In this document: piece after piece, positions 34,598 through 43,817 of the stretch
Layout of the letters: each line of letters starts with the position of its first letter
Position numbering within the stretch: the first letter of the stretch is position 1
Position numbers and translations under genes: made by a program
The notes under the pieces: generated by a model
Told to the model about the DNA's origin: nothing
Seen by the model: the letters and a program-made list of their open reading frames with translations, nothing else
The model's database searches: none
Assembly (NCBI GenBank): GCA_017472285.1
Contig: JAFUQQ010000058.1
Location: forward strand, 6,637 to 70,636
Reading direction: 5' to 3'
DNA from: Clostridia bacterium
GTDB taxonomy: Bacteria; Bacillota; Clostridia; Oscillospirales; CAG-272
DNA: 64,000 bases

Positions 34598-35335
34598 TTA
34601 AATTCCGATAAATCCTCCATCAACGGTTATGGTTTGTCCCGTAATAAAGGAGGCGTTTTCACTTGCGAGGAATACGACTGTTTTTGCGACATCTTCGGGT
34701 GTGCCGATTCTGCCGAGAGGTGTTTTTTCCGCGAGGGCAGACATGGTATCTTCGTCATAGCAAGCGTTCATTTCAGTATCGATGACCCCGGGGGCGATAC
34801 AATTGACGCGGATTCCGGAGGGCGCGAGTTCTTTTGCGAGAGCTTTTGTCATGCCGATCACGGCGGCTTTGGATGCGGAATAAGCGACCTCTCCCGAAGC
34901 GCCGACGACACCCCACATAGAAGAAATATTGACGATCGAACCGCCTCCCGCGGCGATCATTTCTTTTGCGACGGCTTGGGTGAGGAAGAACGCACCTTTG
35001 GTATTGACGGCAAAAAGGCGGTCGTAATCGTCTTCCGTGGTTTGCGTAAAGAGCGCGGGGAGGGAAATGCCTGCATTGCAGACGAGGATATCGATTTTAC
35101 CAAATTCCATCAGGGCTTTGGCGGCAGTTCTTCGGCAATCGCTAAGAGACGAGATATCCATTTGAAAGGGAATGGCGCGGACTCCGTATTTTTTGGCTTC
35201 TTCGGCGGTCTCCTTGGCATCGGCTTCGCGGGACTGATAGCAGACGAGGATATCGTAACCCTCTTTTGCGAAGGCGAGCGCGGTAGCTTTGCCGATTCCG
35301 CGTGACGCGCCTGTGATGATAACACTTTTATTCAT
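34598..35335 (-). CDS. SDR family oxidoreductase (3-oxoacyl-ACP reductase FabG-like)
   Basis: TGASRGIGKA, NAG and YSASKAA motifs. Start set at MNKSVIITG. Confidence 0.85.
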   Translation of the reverse strand: MNKSVIITGASRGIGKATALAFAKEGYDILVCYQSREADAKETAEEAKKYGVRAIPFQMDISSLSDCRRTAAKALMEFGKIDILVCNAGISLPALFTQTTEDDYDRLFAVNTKGAFFLTQAVAKEMIAAGGGSIVNISSMWGVVGASGEVAYSASKAAVIGMTKALAKELAPSGIRVNCIAPGVIDTEMNACYDEDTMSALAEKTPLGRIGTPEDVAKTVVFLASENASFITGQTITVDGGFIGI

Positions 35336-35337
35336 AA

Positions 35338-35372
35338 GTAAAAAACATTGCCGCAGAACAAGTCTGCGGCAA
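35338..35372 (-). terminator. rho-independent terminator after purA
   Basis: TTGCCGCAG/CTGCGGCAA stem followed by TGTTTTTTAC on the minus strand. Confidence 0.75.
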
Positions 35373-35409
35373 CCTTTCATCAAATTTTTGGTTTGATATA
35401 CCGTGCGTA

Positions 35410-36705
35410 TCAATACATTTCAACGTACTGGTCGCGTTCTGCGCCGACGGAAACGTATTTGATGCGGCATTCGGTGAGTTTTTCGAGGTATTCAACGTAA
35501 CGGATCGCTGCTTCGGGAAGATCTTCTTTTGTGCGGCAGTGAGAAATATCGCAATTCCAACCATCAACGTATTCGATCACGGGTTTTGCTTCAGCGAGCT
35601 TCACGCGGTCTGTCGTAAAGGTTGTAGTCTGTTTGCCATCGATCTCATAAGCAACGCAAACGGGGATCTTTTCCATATAGCTGAGGATATCCATCTTTGT
35701 GATCGCAATTTCGGTTGCGCCCTGAACGCGGATACCGTACTTGGAAGCAACAACGTCAAACGGACCGACTCTGCGGGGTCTGCCTGTTGCCGCGCCGTAT
35801 TCGCCACCTGCTTCACGGAGCTTCTTTGCATTTTCTTCATCGGGGGTACCGTCTTTCCATTCAGCAGTGAAAGGACCTTCGCCAACGCAAGTGGAGTAAG
35901 CCTTCATGATACCGAGAACGTAGTCAAGACGGCAGCCGGGAACACCCGCGCCGATGGGAGCGTATGCGGCAATTGTGGGAGAAGAAGAAGTGTAAGGATA
36001 GATACCGAAATCGATATCGCGGAGTGCGCCGAGCTGCGCTTCAAACATGATGCTCTTGCCATTCGCATTTGCTTCGTAGAGATATTCGCAAACGTCGCAA
36101 ACGTAAGGTTTGAGCTGGTCGCCGTAAGTACGGAGCCACTTCATGGTTTCGTCGATATCGCTGGGTTCAGCTTTGTAAACGCCTTCGATGGTGAGGTTCT
36201 TGAAGGAAACGAGGTCTTTGACCTGACCGTAGAGAACTTCATCGGATGCGAAAAGATCGCACATACGGAGTGCTTTTTTCATGTATTTGTCGCCATATAC
36301 GGGAGAGATACCGCGTCCTGTGGAGCCATATTTTTTATCGCCAAGGCGCGCTTCTTCCAGACGGTCAAGGCGAACGTGGTAAGGCATACAGATGACAGCC
36401 TTATCGCTGATCTTGAGGTTTTCGGGTGTAATTACGATACCGCCGGCAGTGAGGTTTGCGATTTCGCCGCAGAGGTGCTGCATATCGATAACCATACCGT
36501 TACCCATGACGTTAACGACTTCGGGGCGGAGAATACCGGAGGGAAGCAGATTGAGGATAAACTTTCCTCTTTCATTGATAACGGTGTGTCCCGCATTGTT
36601 GCCACCCTGATAGCGGCAAACGATGTCGCTCTTTTCGGCGAGCAAGTCGACCATACGGCCTTTTCCTTCATCGCCCCAGTTGATTCCGACAACAGATGTA
36701 AGCAT
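35410..36705 (-). CDS. purA: adenylosuccinate synthase
   Basis: GINWGDEGKGRMVD P-loop, GGNNAGHT and TGRGISPVY motifs. Start set at MLTSVVG with GGAGA upstream. Confidence 0.93.
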   Translation of the reverse strand: MLTSVVGINWGDEGKGRMVDLLAEKSDIVCRYQGGNNAGHTVINERGKFILNLLPSGILRPEVVNVMGNGMVIDMQHLCGEIANLTAGGIVITPENLKISDKAVICMPYHVRLDRLEEARLGDKKYGSTGRGISPVYGDKYMKKALRMCDLFASDEVLYGQVKDLVSFKNLTIEGVYKAEPSDIDETMKWLRTYGDQLKPYVCDVCEYLYEANANGKSIMFEAQLGALRDIDFGIYPYTSSSPTIAAYAPIGAGVPGCRLDYVLGIMKAYSTCVGEGPFTAEWKDGTPDEENAKKLREAGGEYGAATGRPRRVGPFDVVASKYGIRVQGATEIAITKMDILSYMEKIPVCVAYEIDGKQTTTFTTDRVKLAEAKPVIEYVDGWNCDISHCRTKEDLPEAAIRYVEYLEKLTECRIKYVSVGAERDQYVEMY

Positions 36706-36920
36706 AATAATTCTATCTCCAATCGACTTTGTGATTTTGTTCCCGTTCATACGAGTACATTTTATTATAACATTAAATTGACTTCAATGCAATAGGTCTT
36801 TCGTTTTTTTCCTCGAAAATTTAAAAAAAGTTAAAATTCACATTTGTTTCATTGACTTATGAAGGAAGTTATGATAAATTATAAAGATAGTGATTATGAT
36901 AAAAAGGGAGGTGAGAGGAG

Positions 36921-37688
36921 ATGTTTCGGTTTCCGAAAAAACAAAAACATCCGAAATGTATTGCATTTGTGGATTTTGAACATTGGTATATTGGACTTGA
37001 GCGTCAATACGGTGTGAAACCCGATCTCAAAGGCTGGAAAGAAGAACTGATGACAAAATATGAAGTGGATGAGATCGCCGTATTCGGTGATTTTTCCAAT
37101 ATCGGATTGCGCGGGGAGCTTGATAAGATCAGGGATATCACGCAGATGGTCTTTGATACGAAAAATTCCAGCGAGCATTATAAAAAAGATTTTACGGATT
37201 TTATCATGCTCGATTATATTTATCAGAAAGCGATGACGAGAAAAGATATTGATACTTTCATTATTTTTACGGGAGACGGCCATTTTTCTTCGGTCGTTCG
37301 TTTTATTATCAATCAATGTCATAAAAAAGTCGGTATTTACGGCATTACGGGTGCGCTTTCTTTTCAGCTCAAACAGTCGGCATCGTGGTATCATGAGATC
37401 CCTTCCGATTCCGAGATTTACAGAACGTATTATAAAATTATCGCGCAGACCTTCGATTATCTGACCGTTCACAGAGAATTTGGTATCAATGCCACACCCG
37501 AAAAGATCGTGGAACGGATTTCCCGCAAGCACAGCATTGAAAAAGTGGAGATTGCAAAGGCACTTTGTCAGATGCTGGATGAGGGGTATATTTATAAAGC
37601 TGTCGCAAAGGATGAAAAACACGGTAAGGTTTCGATACTGAAGCCCAATTGGGAGCTTCTTTCCAGAGATAAACTTTGGAAGGCGTGA
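36921..37688 (+). CDS. NYN (LabA/DUF88-like) domain protein
   Basis: IAFVDFEHW..., KDFTDFIMLDYIYQ and FIIFTGDGHFSSVV match the NYN/LabA acidic-residue pattern. GGAGG SD. Confidence 0.6.
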   Translation: MFRFPKKQKHPKCIAFVDFEHWYIGLERQYGVKPDLKGWKEELMTKYEVDEIAVFGDFSNIGLRGELDKIRDITQMVFDTKNSSEHYKKDFTDFIMLDYIYQKAMTRKDIDTFIIFTGDGHFSSVVRFIINQCHKKVGIYGITGALSFQLKQSASWYHEIPSDSEIYRTYYKIIAQTFDYLTVHREFGINATPEKIVERISRKHSIEKVEIAKALCQMLDEGYIYKAVAKDEKHGKVSILKPNWELLSRDKLWKA

Positions 37689-37716
37689 AATTTCTGTATG
37701 AAAGAGGGAAAAGCTG

Positions 37717-39126
37717 ATGAAAACACAGATCAAACAGACGATATATGAGAAATTATATCAGATGAAAACGTGTGTGGAGCGTGAAATTGAAACGCTTCGT
37801 GATAGCGTTTTGCTTTCGCAGTACCGTTATCTGACAAAAGAAACCTCGGAGGGAACGGTCTGGACGGATGCTTTGCAGACTGCGCTTCGTGAACATGAGC
37901 GGGTCATCATTGAACCGTCTGAAGAGGCATATCTGATCGATTATACGGTTGTGATTCCTTCGGGAAGACATATTGAGGCTGAGGGGGCAGTGATTCGTTT
38001 AACGGCGGGTTGTGATCTTCTGATGCTTCGCAACGAGAATACGCTGGATGGTACACATATGCCGATCGATCGCACAAATCCCGATCGAAATATCTCGATC
38101 CACGGCGGCAGATGGGAAGAATCACATACGAAACGTGCGGGTTACGGTGTAAGCGGCAGATATGCGCCACATATAGAACATGACGAGAATCGTGTGTTTT
38201 TTGGTGTTTCGACTTGTATGCTTTTTAATCATATGGAAAATCTGATGCTTTCGGATATGACTTTCGCGCATACGGCAGGTTTTTCCGTGCAGATCGGGGA
38301 TCTTGTAAACGGTGTTTTTGAAAATATTTCCTTTGAAAGCTGTTATGCGGACGGTCTTCATATCAACGGCGGAACGAAGAATCTTTATATTTCGGATATT
38401 GCGGGCGAGGTTGGTGATGATCTTGTTGCGCTGAATGCATACGATTGGCAAAATTCTTCTGTCAATTTTGGCGCGATCGAAACGGTCCTTTGCAAAAATC
38501 TCACGCTCAGCGAAACAAGCCGTTACAAAGCCATTCGTATGGAACCGGGTGTATACCGTTATGATGACGGCAGTACCGTTGATTGCGGACTTTTCGATAT
38601 CGTCATGAAGAATATCAAAGGCATCCGCACCTTTAAAATGTATTTGCAGACACCGCCTTATGCCTTGGGTGAGAAGCCTGAATGGGGTGATGTCGGCTCG
38701 GTGAATAATGTCTTTTTTGAAGATATTGCGCTCGATCTCGTTGCACCGATCGATAATTTCGGTTCGTATAGGATGCAAGATCCTCTCAGAGGTGCATTCG
38801 GTGCTTTTGAACTTGGGGCAAAGATCGGATATCTTTCTTTTGAAAATATGGATCTGACTTTGCATCCTGAAGAATGGAAATACGGTTATTTTCTGACGAT
38901 CGGTCCGAAATCGTTATGTGCAAACGGCAAAGAGATTTTTGATCCTTACGTTTCGAGCTTTGCCGAAACGCTGGAATTTGAAAATATCCGTATCAACGGT
39001 GAAAATCCCGAAGAACCGCTTGCATTTATCAAAGAAATTGCTTTTGATGATATCAACGGTGACGGCAATTCCACGGGCAAAGGCGAGATCGGAACGATCC
39101 TTTGGGATGGTTTGCATATAAAATGA
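37717..39126 (+). CDS. right-handed beta-helix protein, GH28/pectin-lyase-fold-like (cytoplasmic, no signal peptide)
   Basis: ADGLHINGG and GDDLVALNAYDW resemble the GH28 NTDG/GDDC motifs. Repetitive beta-strand pattern. Confidence 0.4.
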   Translation: MKTQIKQTIYEKLYQMKTCVEREIETLRDSVLLSQYRYLTKETSEGTVWTDALQTALREHERVIIEPSEEAYLIDYTVVIPSGRHIEAEGAVIRLTAGCDLLMLRNENTLDGTHMPIDRTNPDRNISIHGGRWEESHTKRAGYGVSGRYAPHIEHDENRVFFGVSTCMLFNHMENLMLSDMTFAHTAGFSVQIGDLVNGVFENISFESCYADGLHINGGTKNLYISDIAGEVGDDLVALNAYDWQNSSVNFGAIETVLCKNLTLSETSRYKAIRMEPGVYRYDDGSTVDCGLFDIVMKNIKGIRTFKMYLQTPPYALGEKPEWGDVGSVNNVFFEDIALDLVAPIDNFGSYRMQDPLRGAFGAFELGAKIGYLSFENMDLTLHPEEWKYGYFLTIGPKSLCANGKEIFDPYVSSFAETLEFENIRINGENPEEPLAFIKEIAFDDINGDGNSTGKGEIGTILWDGLHIK

Positions 39127-39142
39127 CAAGGAGGGATTTTTT

Positions 39143-39388
39143 ATGAAAAAAGCGATTATGATCGGTATTTCCGCAGCGATATTGCTCGGTGTGATCTGTT
39201 TGATTCTGGGCGGTATTGCTTATCAGAAACAAATGGAAGCAATAGATATCATCGGCGGCGCAGATGGACCAACGGCCACCGTTGTTGCAGGGGATATTGC
39301 AGGTGTTCTTGTCCCTGTTTTTATCATCGGCATACTTCTGATCGTCGGGGTATTATTTCTTGTAAAGAAAAAACAGAATAAAGCTTAA
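39143..39388 (+). CDS. 81-aa two-TM membrane protein carrying an OadB-like IIGGADGPTA motif
   Basis: GGAGG SD. TM1 IGISAAILLGVICLILGGIAY and TM2 VLVPVFIIGILLIVGVLFLV. The motif matches IIGAADGPTA of the OadB at 30920-32038. Confidence 0.6.
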   Translation: MKKAIMIGISAAILLGVICLILGGIAYQKQMEAIDIIGGADGPTATVVAGDIAGVLVPVFIIGILLIVGVLFLVKKKQNKA

Positions 39389-39392
39389 AAAC

Positions 39393-39418
39393 AAAAGGAA
39401 CCGTACGCGGTTCCTTTT
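39393..39418. terminator. bidirectional terminator
   Basis: AAAAGGAACCG-TACG-CGGTTCCTTTT. Confidence 0.8.
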
Positions 39419-39431
39419 GCTTATATAACCT

Positions 39432-39686
39432 TTAGAAGATATTTTCCGTGTCGAAAAGAGAATCGATGCTGACGTTTAATATTTTTGCGGCAACAAAGAG
39501 TTCTTTGTCAGAAGCAAGACGGAGCTGCCCTTCTAATTTGGAATAACTTGTCGGATTGATATCGAGTCCCATCGTTTGCATTTTGGAGATAAAATCTTTT
39601 TGTTTGATGCCTTTTTCTTTTCGTATGCGTTCGATGTTTTTGCCAACCATATTACATTCGCCATATTCTTTTTTTCTGATTTTCAT
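39432..39686 (-). CDS. XRE family HTH transcriptional regulator (start may be the internal MVGKN at 39650)
   Basis: VGKNIERIRKEKGIKQKDFISKMQ... HTH. Confidence 0.8.
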   Translation of the reverse strand: MKIRKKEYGECNMVGKNIERIRKEKGIKQKDFISKMQTMGLDINPTSYSKLEGQLRLASDKELFVAAKILNVSIDSLFDTENIF

Positions 39687-39781
39687 ATACTTTCTATCCT
39701 TTATATATATATTTCTATATTAGAATTATATGAAAATGCATGAATTTTATAATTCCGAAAAAGAATTATCAGCCAGAGATA

Positions 39782-39810
39782 TTGACATAATATGATTTAT
39801 ATGATACAAT
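39782..39810 (+). promoter_or_regulatory. promoter TTGACA-17-TACAAT
   Basis: Lies inside the ORF-track N-terminal extension of the lipoprotein ORF, which supports the 39843 start. Confidence 0.55.
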
Positions 39811-39842
39811 ATAAACACAAATTTACAAAAAGGAGAGAGAGT

Positions 39843-40472
39843 ATGAAAAAATTACTTCTTATTTTGCTTACGCTTCTGCTTGCGGTTTCTCTTTGCGCTT
39901 GTTCGGAAAACAAAGACGATCAGACGGAAGATGCTTCCGTAAGCACAACGGAAACAACAGAAACGACAACAACAGAAATGACAACAACGGAAACAACAAC
40001 CGAGGAAACCACGACTGAACAGCAAAAGCCGATCACACAGGAATATCAGACGTATGATAACGGCGCGCTGTCCTTCTCTTATCCGAAGTCATGGACTTTG
40101 ACGGAAGGCTCGATCGTGATGATGATGGATACTGTCAGCGGCAATAATATTACGGTCGTTTCCGAACCGAAAAACGATTATTACGCAACGATGGATGTTG
40201 AAAGTTTCAACAGAGATATGAAGCCTGCGCTGGAATCGATGGGCATGACGGTCATGACCGCATCTGTCGAACATACCGATAATGAAAACGGCGTTGAAAT
40301 CACAGTGATCTCTTATACGGCAAGTTATGTGGGCGCGGAAATGAAACAGACACAATATATCACAAACGTGGGCACTTTGACCTATTGCGTAACGATTACG
40401 GAAATGGTTGACGACACGGTACTTGTGCAGACTGTTTTTGATACGTTGAACATGGTGTCTTCGGATAACTAA
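39843..40472 (+). CDS. lipoprotein with Thr/Glu-rich linker
   Basis: MKKLLLILLTLLLAVSLCAC signal/lipobox. (TTE)n low-complexity stretch. GGAGAG SD. Confidence 0.75.
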   Translation: MKKLLLILLTLLLAVSLCACSENKDDQTEDASVSTTETTETTTTEMTTTETTTEETTTEQQKPITQEYQTYDNGALSFSYPKSWTLTEGSIVMMMDTVSGNNITVVSEPKNDYYATMDVESFNRDMKPALESMGMTVMTASVEHTDNENGVEITVISYTASYVGAEMKQTQYITNVGTLTYCVTITEMVDDTVLVQTVFDTLNMVSSDN

Positions 40473-40491
40473 AATCGGATATGAACATGAA

Positions 40492-40517
40492 AAGGGAACA
40501 GCCTTGGCTGTTCCCTT
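40492..40517. terminator. terminator hairpin between convergent genes
   Basis: AAGGGAACAGC/GCTGTTCCCTT. Confidence 0.55.
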
Positions 40518-40535
40518 ATTGATTATATGGAAATA

Positions 40536-40946
40536 TCAATCTACGAGATGATTCATGATATTTTTTGCCCAGAGCTTGAGGTCTTCCATTTCTTCGGGTT
40601 TTACGCCTGTGAGGAAAGGAAGGGGCGCTTTTTTCACTTTTTTAACGTTCAGGAAGTTGATGCCTTTTTCAGCGAAAATGCCTTTGATTTCTTCGATTAC
40701 GGAATCAGCAGCGTCTGTGAACATAGCGATGTTACGAACTTTTTGTGTGTCAAGACCGCGGAGGAAACGGGAAAGTGCGTCGTCCATCATTTTACCGGAA
40801 GAAATGCCCATGATGAGAAGGCGGTCGTTATTGCAATCGTATGCGGGCGGGATTTTATCAGCGGTCTGCTGATATTCGTTTGCGAGCATATTGGTAAAGG
40901 TTGCGATCTTACCTTTTTCAGGGTAGTGAAGAACTTTCATTTTCAT
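40536..40946 (-). CDS. hypothetical protein (possibly flavodoxin-like fold)
   Basis: 136 aa, alternating beta/alpha pattern. Function not recognised. Confidence 0.45.
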   Translation of the reverse strand: MKMKVLHYPEKGKIATFTNMLANEYQQTADKIPPAYDCNNDRLLIMGISSGKMMDDALSRFLRGLDTQKVRNIAMFTDAADSVIEEIKGIFAEKGINFLNVKKVKKAPLPFLTGVKPEEMEDLKLWAKNIMNHLVD

Positions 40947-41084
40947 AGTGAAGGTTTCCTTTCAAAAAAATATTGTTACATTAAAATTATACCATAAAAA
41001 AACAAATTTTTGTTTCATTTTTTGAAATTTCTTTTCGTTTTTTTTAACGATATATTTTGATGTTTTTTGTGCAATAAAACCAAA

Positions 41085-41366
41085 TTAACCTTTTTTTCTG
41101 AAATCATTGATCAGAACAGAAAGGTGTGCGACCGTTTCTGTATCAAGTCCCGAAACGTCAAGACGGGGGATATCATCGATTCCTAATAAATAATCTGTGC
41201 TGACGCAGAATATTTTTGATATTTTTATAAGCATTTCAATGGAAGGTTGAATATTATCATTTTCCCAATTGGAAACGGTTTGTTTTGCGACGTTTAGCCG
41301 CTTTGCAAGATCAACTTGATTCCAACCGCAACCAAGACGTAATTCATGAATTCTTTCTCCTAACAT
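41085..41366 (-). CDS. XRE family HTH transcriptional regulator
   Basis: LGERIHELRLGCGWNQVDLAKRLNVAKQTVSNWEN. Confidence 0.85.
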   Translation of the reverse strand: MLGERIHELRLGCGWNQVDLAKRLNVAKQTVSNWENDNIQPSIEMLIKISKIFCVSTDYLLGIDDIPRLDVSGLDTETVAHLSVLINDFRKKG

Positions 41367-41419
41367 TGTATTCCTCCGCATCAAAAATCAAATTTTACAA
41401 TACTATTATAAAATATTAC

Positions 41420-41448
41420 TTGACAAAATAAAAATACCATGGTATCTT
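41420..41448 (+). promoter_or_regulatory. promoter TTGACA-17-TGgTATCTT overlapped by palindrome ATACCATGGTAT (41434-41445)
   Basis: Consensus -35. A 12-bp perfect palindrome lies across the extended -10. Confidence 0.5.
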
Positions 41449-41507
41449 AATATTGGACGATTGTCCGAAATTTATACTTTGTGAGATGAGAGAGAGGAGG
41501 AAAGACA

Positions 41508-41666
41508 ATGGCAAAAGAATGTTGCGCAAACTGTCGCTATTGCGAATATTCGCCCCGTGGGGATAAACACATCGGTAAAAACGGAAGCTATGATTGGTAT
41601 TGCTGGTATCATCGCAAATGGCTGGGCGAAGCCAACGGAAAGTGCCGTGATTATGAAGAAAAATAA
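41508..41666 (+). CDS. unannotated 52-aa Cys-rich protein (MAKECCANCRYCEYSPRGDKHIGKNGSYDWYCWYHRKWLGEANGKCRDYEEK)
   Basis: Strong SD GAGGAGG 7 nt upstream. 6 Cys. Below the ORF-track cutoff. Its Cys pattern resembles the phage ORF at 59634-59846. Confidence 0.6.
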   Translation: MAKECCANCRYCEYSPRGDKHIGKNGSYDWYCWYHRKWLGEANGKCRDYEEK

Positions 41667-41723
41667 GTGAAATCTTCATAATTTCTATGGTATGTCATCA
41701 AAAATCAAATGGAAAAGAGGTAA

Positions 41724-43748
41724 ATGCTAATGACAAAAATGACAAGAATGATTTCTTTTATTATGGTATCTATTTGTGTTTTGTCTGTGATTCTTATTGT
41801 TCCGATCAGAACTACGGCAGATACGGTTGTTGATGTCAAGGAACTTAAAAATCTTACGATGCAAAATGTGAAAACAAAGCAATATTTAAATTATGATAAC
41901 GGTTTGTTAAAAAACGGAACGCCTGTTCGTGTTTGGCCTTGGGATGGCAGTAAGGAACAGTTGTTTGATCTTATTAAGATTGGTGAGAACACTTATCGGC
42001 TTGTTACAAGTGCTTCACATAAGTATGCGATTGATATTTATAGAGGAAACTCTAAATTGAAAGCAGGACAGCTTTGCGATATCTGGCAAGCCGGCGATGA
42101 TGCGATTGCACAAAATATTCAGTTTTATGATTGCGGAGATGGAAGCTATATTTTGAGAATGAGCGATAATCCTGATCTTGCTTTGGGTGCAACGAGTGCA
42201 AAGGGCAGAGTGAAACTTGTGAAGTTCAATAAAAATGATGCTTCTCAAAAATGGATTTTTAAGGATGCGGAAGGCAATCCAATTGATATTACCGAGGATG
42301 AGGGTTCTGTGAAAAACCCTCTTACGCTTGACGAAGATTATGGTGTCGCTATCGAAACACTTATTGTTGACGGAAAGAAGTACGGTTCAGCTGAATTGCT
42401 CAAAACCATTGACGGTATTTCGGCGGAAAGCAAATTTTTTGTTGAACTTTCCAATCAAAATATTGTTATCGATGAGTCCCTTATACAAAAATTGCTTACC
42501 ATAGATAATTATAACTCTGATATAATGGGGCTTGCCGAGGATATTGAAAAGACGGTGCTAGCAATCTGCGATTATGTGGATGAATACACTGATATCAGAG
42601 GGTGTAGCAAGATTGGTTCTTTGATTGGTAAAGGTGCTGCCGCATGGACACAAACATTGGCAACGCTAAAGGATATCAACGATGCAAAGTCTTTCGTAAC
42701 GTCCTGGCTTGATTTCGGAATAGAAGCGGCGGGATTAGGAGAACGCGCGGATATTTTAGTCGTTCTGTATTTTTCTCAATTGAGCATTAACTATGGGTTG
42801 GAATCATTGAGTATCATGTTGGAAAGCGATATTGCATCGGGAGAACGAGATTACAATACAGCAGTTCAAGTCATTGAAGCTTATGCAAAATGCAAAGAAT
42901 ATTTTGTGATTGTTGAGGCTTTGACAAAAGATACGATCGATTCCTATAATCAAAAGAATTGGTTTGAAAAATTTCTTGAAGGTACACAAGATGCTGTGAC
43001 CGATATGGCGGATAGTGTTGCGGGCGATTTATTTGAATCCTTAAAAGCATTTGAAGATGCCAAGATGGTTATGAATTGGGTTAAAACTCTGAATACGTTG
43101 ACCGAATTTGAGAGCAAATCCGATGAAATTCTTGGATACCTCAAAGACGGAAAAGAGTGTAAAGAAAACTCGATTGCTGCTTATACACAAGTAAAAGAAA
43201 AATACATAGGTTCCGATGAAAAAACAATCGCTGCCAATGGAATGAAGATTGCTCATTATAACGATGAAACAGCGTATTGGGATTCCGTTGTGGGAAAAAC
43301 TTTAGCATCCATTAAAAACGGCAGTTCTTATACAAAATGGTATGGTAAAGAAAATGTATCTGCACAGGCAGGGTACACCGGTCAGTGCACATGGTACGCT
43401 CTTGGACGCTTTTATGAAGTTACAGGTGTAAAACTTACAACAGCACCTCATGCAAAATATTGGCTTACGAGAAATAAAAATAACAAAAAAGTTGTTATAT
43501 ATTCCGGTGCAAGTAATATCGTTGCAAAAACGATTGCTGTCGATGATGATGGTACATACGGACACGTAATGTTTATCGAATATGTATCTTATGATATCGA
43601 TGGTAATCCGATGGATGTATATTTTACGGAATGTAACTGGGACGGAAACGGTAAATATAATACCGAAAAAGACTGTATTGTTAAAAAAATGTCGTATAAA
43701 GATTTTATCAAAAAAAGAAGTCCTGACGGTTATATAGCCGCTAAATAA
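41724..43748 (+). CDS. secreted ricin-type beta-trefoil lectin / helical linker / CHAP-domain peptidoglycan hydrolase
   Basis: Signal-anchor MTRMISFIMVSICVLSVILIV. Ricin-B-like repeats ending in QKWIF. C-terminal CHAP motifs GQCTWYALGRF ... GHVMFIE. Confidence 0.75.
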   Translation: MLMTKMTRMISFIMVSICVLSVILIVPIRTTADTVVDVKELKNLTMQNVKTKQYLNYDNGLLKNGTPVRVWPWDGSKEQLFDLIKIGENTYRLVTSASHKYAIDIYRGNSKLKAGQLCDIWQAGDDAIAQNIQFYDCGDGSYILRMSDNPDLALGATSAKGRVKLVKFNKNDASQKWIFKDAEGNPIDITEDEGSVKNPLTLDEDYGVAIETLIVDGKKYGSAELLKTIDGISAESKFFVELSNQNIVIDESLIQKLLTIDNYNSDIMGLAEDIEKTVLAICDYVDEYTDIRGCSKIGSLIGKGAAAWTQTLATLKDINDAKSFVTSWLDFGIEAAGLGERADILVVLYFSQLSINYGLESLSIMLESDIASGERDYNTAVQVIEAYAKCKEYFVIVEALTKDTIDSYNQKNWFEKFLEGTQDAVTDMADSVAGDLFESLKAFEDAKMVMNWVKTLNTLTEFESKSDEILGYLKDGKECKENSIAAYTQVKEKYIGSDEKTIAANGMKIAHYNDETAYWDSVVGKTLASIKNGSSYTKWYGKENVSAQAGYTGQCTWYALGRFYEVTGVKLTTAPHAKYWLTRNKNNKKVVIYSGASNIVAKTIAVDDDGTYGHVMFIEYVSYDIDGNPMDVYFTECNWDGNGKYNTEKDCIVKKMSYKDFIKKRSPDGYIAAK

Positions 43749-43785
43749 AAAAGAGGAAACCGCGAATTGCGGTTTCCTCTTTTTG
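43747..43785. terminator. bidirectional rho-independent terminator
   Basis: AGAGGAAACCGC-GAATT-GCGGTTTCCTCT flanked by A and T runs. Confidence 0.85.
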
Positions 43786-43817
43786 TCGGAGTCTATTTCA
43801 CATGAAGAGATTTTGGC

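Noticed and set aside
39930-40025. ACAACx/GAAACx-rich periodic DNA, considered as a tandem repeat or contingency locus.
   Set aside because: It simply encodes the Thr/Glu-rich linker of the lipoprotein. The units are imperfect and in frame.
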